DNA of 64,000 nt from a bacterium (GCA_013360195.1 JABWCQ010000004.1:43836-107835), one strand, 5' to 3'. Positions 21,580-30,588 are shown, counted from the stretch's first letter. The notes: generated from the letters alone by a model not told the origin. Numbers and translations are program-made.

Positions 21580-23607
21580 TTATTGTAGTCGAACAGGTAG
21601 AACAACAAATTGCAGCCCGTGGAACATCAGCCGGCGCTGCAGTGTCATAGGTGTCTCGTTGTGCAGGAAACGCGTCCAGAAGGTGTCCTTCCAGAACAGG
21701 AGTTTTGCCGCGAAGAAAACACTGTTGGGAAACTCTTCGTGAATTTGCAGGCAAAGCCTTTCAATTTCCGCCATATAATCCAGCTCGCAGCTCGTGCGCG
21801 CTTCCGCCTTCAGGCCGTAGGATCGCGCAAGCATGACGTATTTCTCGGTTTCCTTCTGCACCTCTTCCTGCAGCGAATGCAGTTCGCTCACGCCCTTGAA
21901 TCTGCCGGAATCAATTGCGCCGACCGATACAAAGATAAACTGCTTGAACCGGCCTCCAAACAGCCTTTGCGTCGACAGCAGGAGGTGGATTCCCTGACCG
22001 CTGAATCTCTGCACGAGAACCACTGCGGTCGGTTCACTTGGCTTAAGCGGCTCGGACTTCACTGCGGCATCACCGAGCGACAACGTGCCCAGAATGTCGT
22101 CCAGTTCTTTCACCTTCGTCTCGACCTGACGGTAATGATTCCGAATCTTGAGGCACAACAATAGGAAGAGTCCGGTCAGTAATACGACTAGCCAACCTCC
22201 CTTTGAGAACTTAATGACAACCATGATTCCCAAAAGTACAACACTGACCGTTAACCCCGCACCGCTGACAAGAAAGTGTTTCCGCCAAGTCGGATCGCTC
22301 TTGCGCTTTTGGTACCACAGTTTCGACATGCCGAGAAGCGCAAGTGAGAAGCAAAGAAATACGTCGATGGCGTAAAGTGCGACCAGAATCGTCGTGTCAC
22401 CACGTGCGAACAAGATGAATCCAATCGCGGCGGCGCCCATCAGCACAATACCGTTTTGCGTAACCAGTCGCTCCGACAAGTGGCCGAAACGGTGCGGAAC
22501 CCACGAGTCTTCCGCCATACTTGCCAGCACCCGCGGGCCGCCGATGAAACCCGTCTGAGCTGCAATGAAGAGTAGTAATGCCGCAGATATCAGCATGATG
22601 CTGATCAAAGCACCGCCGGCGTCGAAGCCTCCGACTTGCCAGCCTTCGGTTATCTGTGAGAACAACGATGCATTAAGTGTCTTGCCCTCAGTATGCTGCG
22701 TGTCAAACAGGAAGAAGTTCAGGAGAAGCATCACCGAAAGGAAAGCCAAGGACAATCCCATGTAGAACATGGTACGCTTGCCCGTTCGGACACGAGGCTC
22801 TTTAAGTGTTTGCATTCCGTTCGCGACGGCTTCAATACCGGTCAACGTGCCGGCTCCCATTGAAAATGCATGCAGAAGCGCGGCAATGATAACCCACCAG
22901 CCATCCTGGGAAATCATTTCAGAAGCAAGGTTTAGATTCTCGGCGGATCGCTCCGAAAAATCCGGCAAGTGGGAAATGAGACCGTAAGTAACAAGACCGA
23001 CATGAGTAATGACAAACACGAGGAAGATCGGAAGCAGCACCAGGATGGACTCTTTCAGGCCACGCAAGTTAAGCGTAATCAAAAAGACAACCGCTCCTAT
23101 GGCAACCCAAGTTCTGAGGTAGTCGAATTGCGGTGGAACCATGCTGAATACCGCATCAACTCCAGAAACAATCGATACTGCAATGGTTAGCACATAGTCG
23201 ATGACCAGTGCCGTGCCTGCCAATGCGCCGAGTTTGGGTGACAGCAACTTCGAAGCAACCAAATAGCCACCACCGCCGTTAGGAAACTCCTCGATCACTT
23301 GCACGTAAGCTGCCGAAATAATCAGAATTGTTACGGCAATCATCAAGGCCAAAATCGGTGCAAGGAACGTTGCCCCGTGGAGCGCCAGAAAGGCCTCCTC
23401 AGGACCATAGTTTGCCGATGAGATTCCGTCGGCCCCCAGACCAACCCACGCGAAAAACGCAACCAGCGAAATATTGTGAAAGACAGCCGGATCAAAGGGA
23501 TTCAATCGCCTGCCTAATAGGGCACGCTGAATCCTTCTGAAGAAAGACAGCTTGTCGTCCTCCGGTTCAGGTTGCTGAGTCGGTGTGGTCGTGGGGCGAA
23601 CCATCAC
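21580..23607 (-). CDS. kimA: KimA-like K+ transporter (APC superfamily core plus ~200-aa C-terminal cytoplasmic domain)
   Basis: 12-TM APC core; segments '[26 protein letters not shown]', 'NLRGLKES', '[12 protein letters not shown]', 'KIRNHYRQV' parallel B. subtilis KimA/YdaO as I recall it; 675 aa. Confidence 0.6.
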   Translation of the reverse strand: MMVRPTTTPTQQPEPEDDKLSFFRRIQRALLGRRLNPFDPAVFHNISLVAFFAWVGLGADGISSANYGPEEAFLALHGATFLAPILALMIAVTILIISAAYVQVIEEFPNGGGGYLVASKLLSPKLGALAGTALVIDYVLTIAVSIVSGVDAVFSMVPPQFDYLRTWVAIGAVVFLITLNLRGLKESILVLLPIFLVFVITHVGLVTYGLISHLPDFSERSAENLNLASEMISQDGWWVIIAALLHAFSMGAGTLTGIEAVANGMQTLKEPRVRTGKRTMFYMGLSLAFLSVMLLLNFFLFDTQHTEGKTLNASLFSQITEGWQVGGFDAGGALISIMLISAALLLFIAAQTGFIGGPRVLASMAEDSWVPHRFGHLSERLVTQNGIVLMGAAAIGFILFARGDTTILVALYAIDVFLCFSLALLGMSKLWYQKRKSDPTWRKHFLVSGAGLTVSVVLLGIMVVIKFSKGGWLVVLLTGLFLLLCLKIRNHYRQVETKVKELDDILGTLSLGDAAVKSEPLKPSEPTAVVLVQRFSGQGIHLLLSTQRLFGGRFKQFIFVSVGAIDSGRFKGVSELHSLQEEVQKETEKYVMLARSYGLKAEARTSCELDYMAEIERLCLQIHEEFPNSVFFAAKLLFWKDTFWTRFLHNETPMTLQRRLMFHGLQFVVLPVRLQ

Positions 23608-24681
23608 TTAAGCCTTGGGTGCGCCTTCCGGATAGAAAACGACCTTCAGTCCTTCCCCCGCTAACTTTGTTTGAAAGCCTTTCTCACAGTCTGACAGCGC
23701 AAGCTTATGCGTGACCAGCCGCTTGGCCGTCTTCAAGAACTCCCCTTGAAGCAGCGCCAGCATATCGGCCCACGTATTGAAAATTCTTCGCCCGAAAATA
23801 CTGTGAATCGTGATTCCCTTCATGACCACGTCACCTGAGAAGTTCACCGACAACTCACCCGACGGCAAGCCCAGAAGGACGAAATCACCGCCCATGCGTA
23901 ACGACTTGAACGCATCCGCATATGCCGAAGGGGCGCCCGACATTTCAAGGACAACGTCAAGTCCGCGCTTTGCAGAATCTGATGCGGCAACTTTCAGGAA
24001 CTCCTGATGCTGCTTTTCGTCCTTGACGTTAAAAACCTCGTCCGCACCTTCCTCTTTGGCAACCTTCAAAACATAATCCGAAATGTCCGTCACATAGATC
24101 TTCTTTGCGCCCATGATGCGGCACAGAGCCACGGCAAGAATTCCGAGCGGCCCTGCGCCCAGAACCGCGACATCCTTACCGACTACATCCGCTGTGCGTG
24201 CAGTGTAAACCGAATTGCCAATGGCATCGAGATAGGCCGCAACTTCAACGGCCAGATTATTGGGAAGCGGTACAATTGAGGTGGCAGGCAATTTCACATA
24301 GTCTGCAAATGCGCCCGGCTTGTCGATACCGCCGACGGATTGCGTCAGGCACCAATGGCCGTTGCCCGTCCGGCAATTATAGCATTGACCGCATGTCCAG
24401 TGCATTTCAGCTGAAACAAACATGCCGCGTTGCAGTCCTTCGACTCCATGACCGAAGTCTTCGATAACACCGCAGAATTCGTGGCCGATGGTCATGGGAA
24501 CGACCTTGCCCATTCGCGACATTAAAGATGGTTTGGCGGAATAAATATGAACATCAGTACCGCAAATGCCGGCAGCTTTAACTTTAACGATGACATCGTG
24601 TGGGGTCGTGATTTCCGGCTTGGCAACATCCGTCAGGTAACTCAGGCCGGGGGTTGTATTACTTTTCTGAATGGCTTGCAT
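23608..24681 (-). CDS. tdh: L-threonine 3-dehydrogenase (Zn-dependent medium-chain dehydrogenase family)
   Basis: 'AAGICGTDVHIY', 'GHEFCGVI', NAD fold 'VLGAGPLG'; paired with kbl in the same operon; start set at 'MQAIQK' (24681); stop abuts the kimA-like start. Confidence 0.8.
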   Translation of the reverse strand: MQAIQKSNTTPGLSYLTDVAKPEITTPHDVIVKVKAAGICGTDVHIYSAKPSLMSRMGKVVPMTIGHEFCGVIEDFGHGVEGLQRGMFVSAEMHWTCGQCYNCRTGNGHWCLTQSVGGIDKPGAFADYVKLPATSIVPLPNNLAVEVAAYLDAIGNSVYTARTADVVGKDVAVLGAGPLGILAVALCRIMGAKKIYVTDISDYVLKVAKEEGADEVFNVKDEKQHQEFLKVAASDSAKRGLDVVLEMSGAPSAYADAFKSLRMGGDFVLLGLPSGELSVNFSGDVVMKGITIHSIFGRRIFNTWADMLALLQGEFLKTAKRLVTHKLALSDCEKGFQTKLAGEGLKVVFYPEGAPKA

Positions 24682-24932
24682 GATTAATGTGGGTTCTAGA
24701 TAGGAGATGATGAGGAGGCAAACCGATAAGTCTTGAAAATACTTAAACACTATGAATAAATCAATGAGGAAGTTTTGAGCTTACTTGGCCTAAATTATGA
24801 ATTAAAATGAACTTGCCGCTTATGTGCAATTTGACCACTTTCTAAACATGGTGCAGCACAATTAAAGGGAAGAGGATGTCTCGCCGATAACCCAAACGGT
24901 AATAAGCGTTTCAGAAACCGGGTGAGCCACTA

Positions 24933-25373
24933 ATGAACCTGGATCAATTTTCCTGTCCGAACCCCACTTGCCCGGATTCCGGCAAGTCAAATGGGGGGAA
25001 TATTAATCTCTATACCCGCTACGGCCGCAAGCAAGTTCGCTTGCTGATTTGCAAGACCTGCGGGAAGACTTTCAGCGAATTGAAGGGAACTCCGTTTTGG
25101 GATTCCCGTCTCGATTGGGATACCATTGAGAAGATATATCGCAGCCTCTTGACGGGTCAGGGCATCCGCGCTACGGCGCGTGATTTCAACCTGTCCAAGA
25201 ACACCGTCAAGCGCTACCTGCGGTTGGCGAACAAGGACTACGGCACCGTCTTGAACTTCCTGCAGGACAGAGGCGTCATTTCCAACGGAGATGCACAGCT
25301 GCGAGAACTGCTGGCCCAGTTTTCAAGCCGTCGGCAGGTTCGCGAGCGTTCCACGGGCGTAGCCGCAATGTAG
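24933..25373 (+). CDS. Orphan IS1595/IS1-type transposase N-terminal module (Zn ribbon plus HTH), no DDE catalytic domain
   Basis: 'CPNPTCPDSGKSNGG...LLICKTCGKTFSELKGTPFWDSRLDW' matches the IS1595 Zn-ribbon / IS1 InsA pattern; 'GQGIRATARDFNLSKNTVKRYL' is an HTH; only 146 aa and a tRNA follows. Confidence 0.6.
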   Translation: MNLDQFSCPNPTCPDSGKSNGGNINLYTRYGRKQVRLLICKTCGKTFSELKGTPFWDSRLDWDTIEKIYRSLLTGQGIRATARDFNLSKNTVKRYLRLANKDYGTVLNFLQDRGVISNGDAQLRELLAQFSSRRQVRERSTGVAAM

Positions 25374-25402
25374 GCAGCGCAGAGGGCAAATCTTGAGGGC
25401 AC

Positions 25403-25428
25403 AAGAGCCTGCCGGTAGGCAGGCTCTT
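25403..25428 (+). terminator. Hairpin terminator after the IS-like ORF
   Basis: AAGAGCCTGCC-ggta-GGCAGGCTCTT. Confidence 0.6.
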
Positions 25429-25483
25429 CTCATGTAGTTGCATTTCCCACCAAACTCCGTTACATTGCGGGTTCCTTCGACCT

Positions 25484-25557
25484 CGGGGCGTAGCGCAGTC
25501 CGGTAGCGCATCTGCTTTGGGAGCAGAGGGTCGCTGGTTCGAATCCAGTCGCCCCGA
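25484..25557 (+). tRNA. tRNA-Pro (anticodon TGG)
   Basis: Manual cloverleaf: acceptor CGGGGCG/CGCCCCG, D arm GCGC-AGTCCGGTA-GCGC, anticodon stem TCTGC/GCAGA with loop TTTGGGA (TGG), T arm GCTGG-TTCGAAT-CCAGT, discriminator A; 74 nt, no encoded CCA. Confidence 0.9.
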
Positions 25558-25562
25558 CTATA

Positions 25563-25590
25563 AAAAACAGGTGTTTCCGCACCTGTTTTT
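25563..25590 (+). terminator. Rho-independent terminator after tRNA-Pro
   Basis: ACAGGTG-tttccg-CACCTGT followed by TTTT. Confidence 0.75.
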
Positions 25591-25761
25591 CGGTTTTGGC
25601 TCTTTGCCTGCGCCGCACCAAATCGCCGGGCGGGGATCGCTTCGTTTCGCCGAGCGGGGATTTAGCGTAGCGGTTCCCCGCCGGAATCCGCGATTCTGAC
25701 AAAAAACTGGCATCTAAAACTTTTCCTCCCTAACTTACTCCCCAACAACCTCGGAGCCACA

Positions 25762-25881
25762 CCCATGACGCGAATTCTTTCTGCATTCAATCTTTTGAAG
25801 CGGGTGGGGTTCGCGCTTTTGTTGTTGGGGGGAGTCGTATTGGTGCAGGCGCAGCCGCCGGATACGCTGTGGACGCGGCGG
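25762..25881 (+). pseudogene. Truncated N-terminal fragment (39 codons) of a secreted-protein gene: signal peptide plus 'QPPDTLWTRR' then stop
   Basis: 'MTRILSAFNLLKRVGFALLLLGGVVLVQAQPPDTLWTRR*'; this N-terminus normally leads into large secreted proteins. Confidence 0.4.
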
Positions 25882-25903
25882 TAATTTCAAAGCGAGGAGC
25901 AAT

Positions 25904-26797
25904 ATGTACGCAAAAGTCATTGCGATTGTGTTAATGGCCACAAGTCTTGCTCATTCAGTTGAACATCGACTATTGATTGACATAGGAGGGCTTGGTGGTT
26001 ATGACTGTGATTCAACCGAGGCAGATCTCTCCAATACTAAGATACGAAATCTGGTTACTGGATCGGTTTCACAATTCGTGCTTATGGTTCGGGGACATGG
26101 CAGTGCCGGAAACAATGTGGAGTACGTTGGGGCAGAAACTGAAGTTCCAAAGGGCTTAACTCTGGAGATCGGCTATTGGGATGAGACCAGCAGGACATGC
26201 TTATATAGTCCTAATTTGGCGACCCTGTTTCGGTTCCATATTGTCAATACAACTCAGAAGATGTACTATGACAGCGTTTGGCGTGTAACTGGTGAACTGC
26301 CACCAGACTACTTACTGAAACCGGAACTCCACATGAGCTTCGAGGTTCCACAGGAACTTGTCAGTCAAACAATCTGCGTGACTGCGACTTGGATCGACCC
26401 AAGATGGGGAAGCCTTAGAAGCATGCCAGTTGGGATTGGGAGAGCTGTACCACAACCCATGCTGATTCATGTCACAGCACCCTGTTCACCGTCCGACATA
26501 CAAAGAGCAAAAGAATCCTATCTCTTTGATTCATTCATTACTGGCAATAGTGCGGAAACACTCTCACGCGCAGAGGAGTTGATTGCAAATGGTGATACTT
26601 CTGCAAGTGTATTTGTTTATTGTTTGGGTGCAGCAAAATCTCAGGGGATGTATGAAAGGGCTATTGCGTATTTGGATAGATGCTTCTCCTCCTATGGCCT
26701 TGTACCTTCCGTGACTGGTGTTTCATCAGATAGTGCGGTGTATTTGCGGCAAAGACAGAGCTTGGAAGAGCTGGAGTCGAAAGCTGACAAGAATTAG
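25904..26797 (+). CDS. Hypothetical secreted protein (297 aa), no recognisable domain, lower GC than surroundings
   Basis: Signal peptide 'VIAIVLMATSLAHS'; 6 Cys; visibly AT-richer codon usage than neighbours. Confidence 0.5.
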   Translation: MYAKVIAIVLMATSLAHSVEHRLLIDIGGLGGYDCDSTEADLSNTKIRNLVTGSVSQFVLMVRGHGSAGNNVEYVGAETEVPKGLTLEIGYWDETSRTCLYSPNLATLFRFHIVNTTQKMYYDSVWRVTGELPPDYLLKPELHMSFEVPQELVSQTICVTATWIDPRWGSLRSMPVGIGRAVPQPMLIHVTAPCSPSDIQRAKESYLFDSFITGNSAETLSRAEELIANGDTSASVFVYCLGAAKSQGMYERAIAYLDRCFSSYGLVPSVTGVSSDSAVYLRQRQSLEELESKADKN

Positions 26798-26944
26798 AAA
26801 TTTTGACTTACGAGAGAGGTTTCCCCGCGGCGCCCCCGCTGCGGCGCCCCAATCCATCCCTTCTTCGCCTCCCCAATCCCCTGAAATATCCCCAACTCCC
26901 AATTTATCAATCTCTTCCTAAGTTCAATATTTTGAAAATTTCTC

Positions 26945-26973
26945 TTGACCATATGTTCAAAATGTCGTAAATT
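26945..26973 (+). promoter_or_regulatory. Sigma-70-like promoter candidate (TTGACC-17 nt-TAAATT) in the AT-rich region upstream of pilA
   Basis: Read directly from sequence; no annotated gene follows for about 500 nt. Confidence 0.3.
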
Positions 26974-27195
26974 AGGGGTTGAATCGTTTTAACCGGTTAC
27001 GTCTGCATCTGAATTCCGGGCTAAGGGCGATGAGTGACTATCTGAAGCACTCAAAAAGGAATAGACTGAAAAGCTGACAACAACAGTCTGTAATATCTTT
27101 TTAATGAATACGCCTCTCGATGTCTGCCTCTCTTTTTGGAAAAGCCCAAAAACCGAGAAAAATATCATTCTCCTCTCGATGCATAATATGCACCT

Positions 27196-27213
27196 TTTGC
27201 ACACTTTGCACAC
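27196..27213. repeat. Perfect tandem direct repeat TTTGCACAC x2 (candidate regulator binding site) about 250 nt upstream of pilA
   Basis: ccTTTGCACACTTTGCACACc; the nearby 'atatgcacc' is a third partial copy. Confidence 0.5.
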
Positions 27214-27323
27214 CAATTGAGAAGGGGCAGGGTTGATTTTACTGAGCTTAAGTTTCAAAAATTAAACCTCAAAAGGGCTTGAAAATTGCCGTAAGTTATT
27301 GAGTTGCAAGGAACCTGAGTTTT

Positions 27324-27352
27324 TTGACGAGCCTCTGAGGACTTGATAATTT
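27324..27352 (+). promoter_or_regulatory. Candidate pilA promoter (TTGACG-17 nt-TAATTT)
   Basis: About 110 nt upstream of the pilA start; would give a 5' UTR containing the GGAGG ribosome-binding site. Confidence 0.3.
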
Positions 27353-27463
27353 CGCGCTCTCATCGTAAGTTGAGTGCTACTAAGTTCATGGAGGACCGTG
27401 CAAGGCATGCGACACGAGCACGGGCAATCTGCAACGGTAAGCCATATGTATGGAGGAAGTATC

Positions 27464-27895
27464 ATGTTGAACCGACTCATCCGTCGGCGCAAGAACCAAA
27501 AGGGTTTTACCCTTATCGAAATCTTGATCGTGGTGGTCATCGTGGCCATTCTCGCGGCGATTTCGGTGCCAATCTATCTTGAATACGTCGAAAGCGCCCG
27601 TGCCAGCGATGCCAAGACGGCCATCAGCTCAATCTGGCAGGCAGCTCAGATCTATTATCAGGACCGCGGCGAATACCCCGGTACGGTGGAAGATCTGCAG
27701 GACTCCAAGTATGTAAAACTCTCTGAGTCTACAATGCTGCAATGGACCTTCTCGTTTACAGGCAATCCGCCGGACGAGATTATCGCCACTTCGACAGACC
27801 AGATGCGAGGCGGCGCCGGCAAGGAAGTCAAGTACATTGTGAAGGAAGGCAAGTGGTTTGGCTACGGCCTGCCTGAGCCGGACGAAAGCGAGTAA
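27464..27895 (+). CDS. pilA: Type IV major pilin (PilA-like) with class III prepilin leader
   Basis: 'MLNRLIRRRKNQKG|FTLIEILIVVVIVAILAAISVPIY' has the canonical G|FTLIE cleavage/methylation motif; GGAGG ribosome-binding site 5 nt upstream; 143 aa. Confidence 0.9.
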   Translation: MLNRLIRRRKNQKGFTLIEILIVVVIVAILAAISVPIYLEYVESARASDAKTAISSIWQAAQIYYQDRGEYPGTVEDLQDSKYVKLSESTMLQWTFSFTGNPPDEIIATSTDQMRGGAGKEVKYIVKEGKWFGYGLPEPDESE

Positions 27896-27906
27896 GATAT
27901 CTAATG

Positions 27907-27935
27907 GTGCGGAGCGGAGTGTTTCCGCTCCGCAC
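27907..27935 (+). terminator. Strong hairpin terminator/attenuator after pilA
   Basis: GTGCGGAGCGGA-gtgtt-TCCGCTCCGCAC (12-bp perfect stem) then TTGTT. Confidence 0.7.
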
Positions 27936-28002
27936 TTGTTCGATTCAGCGCAGCTTTTGGGGTAGAATTGGTATAAGGGTTCAGGAAGCGAGGTAAGGAC
28001 AC

Positions 28003-29082
28003 GTGGCAGTAGCAACGGCAACACATATTAACATCTTTGAGCTGCTTCGGTTTGCCGTAGACCAGGGCGCATCGGACTTGCATCTTTCGAGTGAGTCCAT
28101 TCCGATGATTCGAGTGCACGGCCGCATGCGCAAGCTGAACCTGCCGAAAATGGCGCACGCCACTCTGGAGAATATCGTCCAGCAAGTCCTGACACGCGAG
28201 CAGCTCGAGCGCTTCCTCGAAATGAAGGAAATCGACTTCTCGGCCAAGCTCGAGGATATCGCCCGCTTTCGTGTCAACGTGTTCCAGCAAATCAACGGCT
28301 ATGGTGCCGTGTTCCGTACGATTCCGTCGGAAATTCGCTCTTTTGAAGAGTTGGGTCTGCCCGAAGTCATGCGCGACTTGGCCGACCGCGATCGCGGTCT
28401 GGTGTTGTTGACCGGTCCCACGGGTTCCGGCAAGACCACCACCTTGGCGACCATGGTGGACTGGATTAATGAGTATAAAGAACTTCATATCATCACGATC
28501 GAAGACCCGGTCGAGTTCTTCCACGATTCGAAGAACTGTATGATGAACCAGCGCGAGCTGGGGGCGAATACACATAGTTTCGCCAACGCATTGCGTGCCG
28601 CACTTCGCGAAGACCCGGACGTGATTCTGGTCGGCGAAATGCGCGACTTGGAAACGATATCGCTGGCTTTGACTGCCGCAGAAACGGGTCACTTGGTGTT
28701 TGCGACATTGCATACGTCCAGTGCTGCCAAGACCATCGACCGTATTATTGATATTTTCCCCGCCGCCCAAAAGACTCAGGTTCGCTCGATGCTTGCCGAG
28801 TCGCTGGAAGCGGTGGTGGCACAAAAACTGCTTCCTAAAAAGGATGGGACGGGCCGGGTGGTTGCCTCCGAAATCATGGTGGCGACGACTGCGGTTCGAA
28901 ATCTGATTCGCGAAGATAAGATTTATCAAATACCTTCCGTAATCCAATCGGGCGGAAAATCCGGTATGCAGAGCCTTGATCAGGACTTGATGCGATTGAT
29001 GCACAAGGGTCTGATCAGCCGTGAAACGGCAGCTCATGTGGCTGAGAATTCCAAGTTGTTCGAGGTTAATCTCTCGGAGTAA
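28003..29082 (+). CDS. pilT: Type IV pilus retraction ATPase PilT
   Basis: 'LVLLTGPTGSGKTTTLA', 'IITIEDPVE', 'REDPDVILVGEMRD', 'GHLVFATLHTSSA'; 359 aa. Confidence 0.9.
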   Translation: MAVATATHINIFELLRFAVDQGASDLHLSSESIPMIRVHGRMRKLNLPKMAHATLENIVQQVLTREQLERFLEMKEIDFSAKLEDIARFRVNVFQQINGYGAVFRTIPSEIRSFEELGLPEVMRDLADRDRGLVLLTGPTGSGKTTTLATMVDWINEYKELHIITIEDPVEFFHDSKNCMMNQRELGANTHSFANALRAALREDPDVILVGEMRDLETISLALTAAETGHLVFATLHTSSAAKTIDRIIDIFPAAQKTQVRSMLAESLEAVVAQKLLPKKDGTGRVVASEIMVATTAVRNLIREDKIYQIPSVIQSGGKSGMQSLDQDLMRLMHKGLISRETAAHVAENSKLFEVNLSE

Positions 29083-29131
29083 TTCCGGGGGGTGGGCCTT
29101 GGACCACTGGAATCAATCAATGAGGCCGAAA

Positions 29132-29650
29132 ATGAGCAAACGCATTCGCAAACTGGAGCGTGGTGCCGCCGATCTGGTGACGATAGCCGTCGGAATGACG
29201 ATTGTCGCCATTGCCGCGATTGGGACCTCTTACTCCCTCCTGTACGGGCGGCAAGCCCTAATTCACCAGGAACATTACAAAGTTGCCCTCTATAAGCTGC
29301 GAGGCTTTATGGAGGAGCAGACGGCTCGTATCCGTTTTACCGGGTCGTCAACGGCCAGCTACCGCAACGACCTTGCCTGGGTGATTACCCCGCAAGAAGA
29401 CGAAGTGGATTTGGACACGCGCACTGACCGCGATGGTCAGGCTGTGCGGACCATTGCCACTCTCAGGCGTGGACCGTTTGAGTTGGTGGATAACGTTCTG
29501 ACCAGCATGAGCCCCGATTACTATCGAGTCGTGTGCACGGCGACTTGGGAGGAACCCATTATCGCCGGAGACGAATTCGGCGATCAACGGGATCGCGTCG
29601 GACCGGAGCGCACCATTACCTTGCAATCAACATTTGTCATACCCGGCTAA
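29132..29650 (+). CDS. Hypothetical membrane-anchored protein, candidate minor pilin or pseudopilin (non-canonical leader)
   Basis: 'MSKRIRKLERGAADLVTIAVGMTIVAIAAIG' has an N-terminal hydrophobic helix after a basic segment but no G|FTLIE; position between pilT and further pilin-like genes. Confidence 0.4.
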   Translation: MSKRIRKLERGAADLVTIAVGMTIVAIAAIGTSYSLLYGRQALIHQEHYKVALYKLRGFMEEQTARIRFTGSSTASYRNDLAWVITPQEDEVDLDTRTDRDGQAVRTIATLRRGPFELVDNVLTSMSPDYYRVVCTATWEEPIIAGDEFGDQRDRVGPERTITLQSTFVIPG

Positions 29651-29660
29651 GGAGGAAAAG

Positions 29661-30503
29661 ATGAGTAAGATCAATCAAGTCCTCCGGAAGGCAGGACTCG
29701 ACAATTTCAGACGCGCAGCGGGTTTCACCCTCGCGTCGCAGGCGGTATCCGTGTTTGTCGCCGCCACTGTGCTATTAGGTGGTTGGGCAGCCTACCGTGA
29801 CTTTTCCATGCAGTGGCGTGTGTCCAATGCCGAGCGGCAGATGGACCAATACGCTCAGACGGCCATGACGGAAATGGTCAACTTGCTGCAATGGTCGCTC
29901 GGCGGCTATCAGATTACCAGCGGCCGCAATCCCCGCTGGCGCATTGCCATCGGTGAGCAGGTCAATGAAAACGGCGGATTAAACAGCATTGACCGGGCGG
30001 GCGGACATTTTCCGTACATCACGGACAATTACTTCACCACCGGTCAGTTTGTCAACGACCACAAGACTTACGGTGGTTTTGTGACATTAAGCCACAATAT
30101 TGACCGCGGTATCCTGATTAACGAGCGTGAGCCCTATTGGGCCGGTTCTGCCGCGGATCAATGGGTCTGGTCGGCAAGGCAGGCGCGCAATGCCCGCACA
30201 GAGCTTTCAGCGTTTGACCAGCGCGACCGTATGCGGGTGACGGAGTTTTCCATTGACTATCCGCTCTTGAATGACCCGCGCGCGACTTACGAAGCTAACC
30301 CTTTGGAATTCACCCGTTCGACGATTCGCATCAAGATGGTCATGCAATATCGCTATCGTTCGTCGGACTCGATTGGCCTGTTTGGTGACGACTACATTCG
30401 CGAGCGCGTTTACGAAACTTCGATCAGCCCCTTGAATTGGGGCAGTGCGATTTCCGATAATCGCTTCTACAAAGAGTTTGTCTTGACCGGAGCGACGGGC
30501 TAA
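29661..30503 (+). CDS. Candidate minor pilin (GFTL prepilin-like leader lacking Glu at +5)
   Basis: 'RRAAG|FTLASQAVSVFVAATVLLGGW'; GGAGG ribosome-binding site directly upstream; 280 aa. Confidence 0.5.
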   Translation: MSKINQVLRKAGLDNFRRAAGFTLASQAVSVFVAATVLLGGWAAYRDFSMQWRVSNAERQMDQYAQTAMTEMVNLLQWSLGGYQITSGRNPRWRIAIGEQVNENGGLNSIDRAGGHFPYITDNYFTTGQFVNDHKTYGGFVTLSHNIDRGILINEREPYWAGSAADQWVWSARQARNARTELSAFDQRDRMRVTEFSIDYPLLNDPRATYEANPLEFTRSTIRIKMVMQYRYRSSDSIGLFGDDYIRERVYETSISPLNWGSAISDNRFYKEFVLTGATG

Positions 30504-30544
30504 CCGTCGCCGTCCGGCCAGCGATCTTTACAAATCAGAGACTT

Positions 30545-30588
30545 TCCGGAGCAGCGTCGCACCGACATCGTGCGGTGCGACGCCTCCG
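30545..30588 (+). other. Long imperfect hairpin (about 17 bp stem) between minor-pilin genes
   Basis: CCGGAG-ca-GCGTCGCACCG-acatcgtg-CGGTGCGACGC-CTCCGG. Confidence 0.5.

Noticed and set aside
23605-24932. ydaO-type c-di-AMP riboswitch controlling the kimA-like gene
   Set aside because: The kimA-like start abuts the tdh stop, so there is no leader. The 250-nt tdh leader is AT-rich and lacks the GC-rich pseudoknotted cores of that riboswitch.
25611-25700. attR-like direct repeat of the tRNA-Pro 3' end downstream of the tRNA
   Set aside because: Only short similarity ('ggttc...gaatcc') to the tRNA T-arm, not a contiguous repeat of 15 nt or more. The region does contain an imperfect inverted repeat, which is reported under the islet finding.
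27395-27420. Possible sigma-54 (-24/-12) promoter 'GGaccgtgcaagGC' upstream of pilA
   Set aside because: The GG-N10-GC spacing fits, but the flanks (aGGacc / agGCat) depart from TGGCAC/TTGCA at most positions. This is not enough to call.
26989-27549. Two minus-strand ORFs (89 and 95 aa) inside the AT-rich pilA upstream region
   Set aside because: The AT-rich, low-complexity products overlap each other's context and the pilA promoter or UTR. They are more likely non-coding regulatory DNA.
27901-29037. 378-aa minus-strand ORF antisense to pilT, and similar long antisense ORFs at 35630-36379 (opposite pilQ), 44617-45183 (opposite pilD), 60612-61166 (opposite the ComB-like gene) and 2617-3078
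   Set aside because: They lie opposite strongly motif-supported genes in GC-rich DNA. Their products are low-complexity and Arg/His-rich with no motifs, which is the typical shadow-ORF signature.
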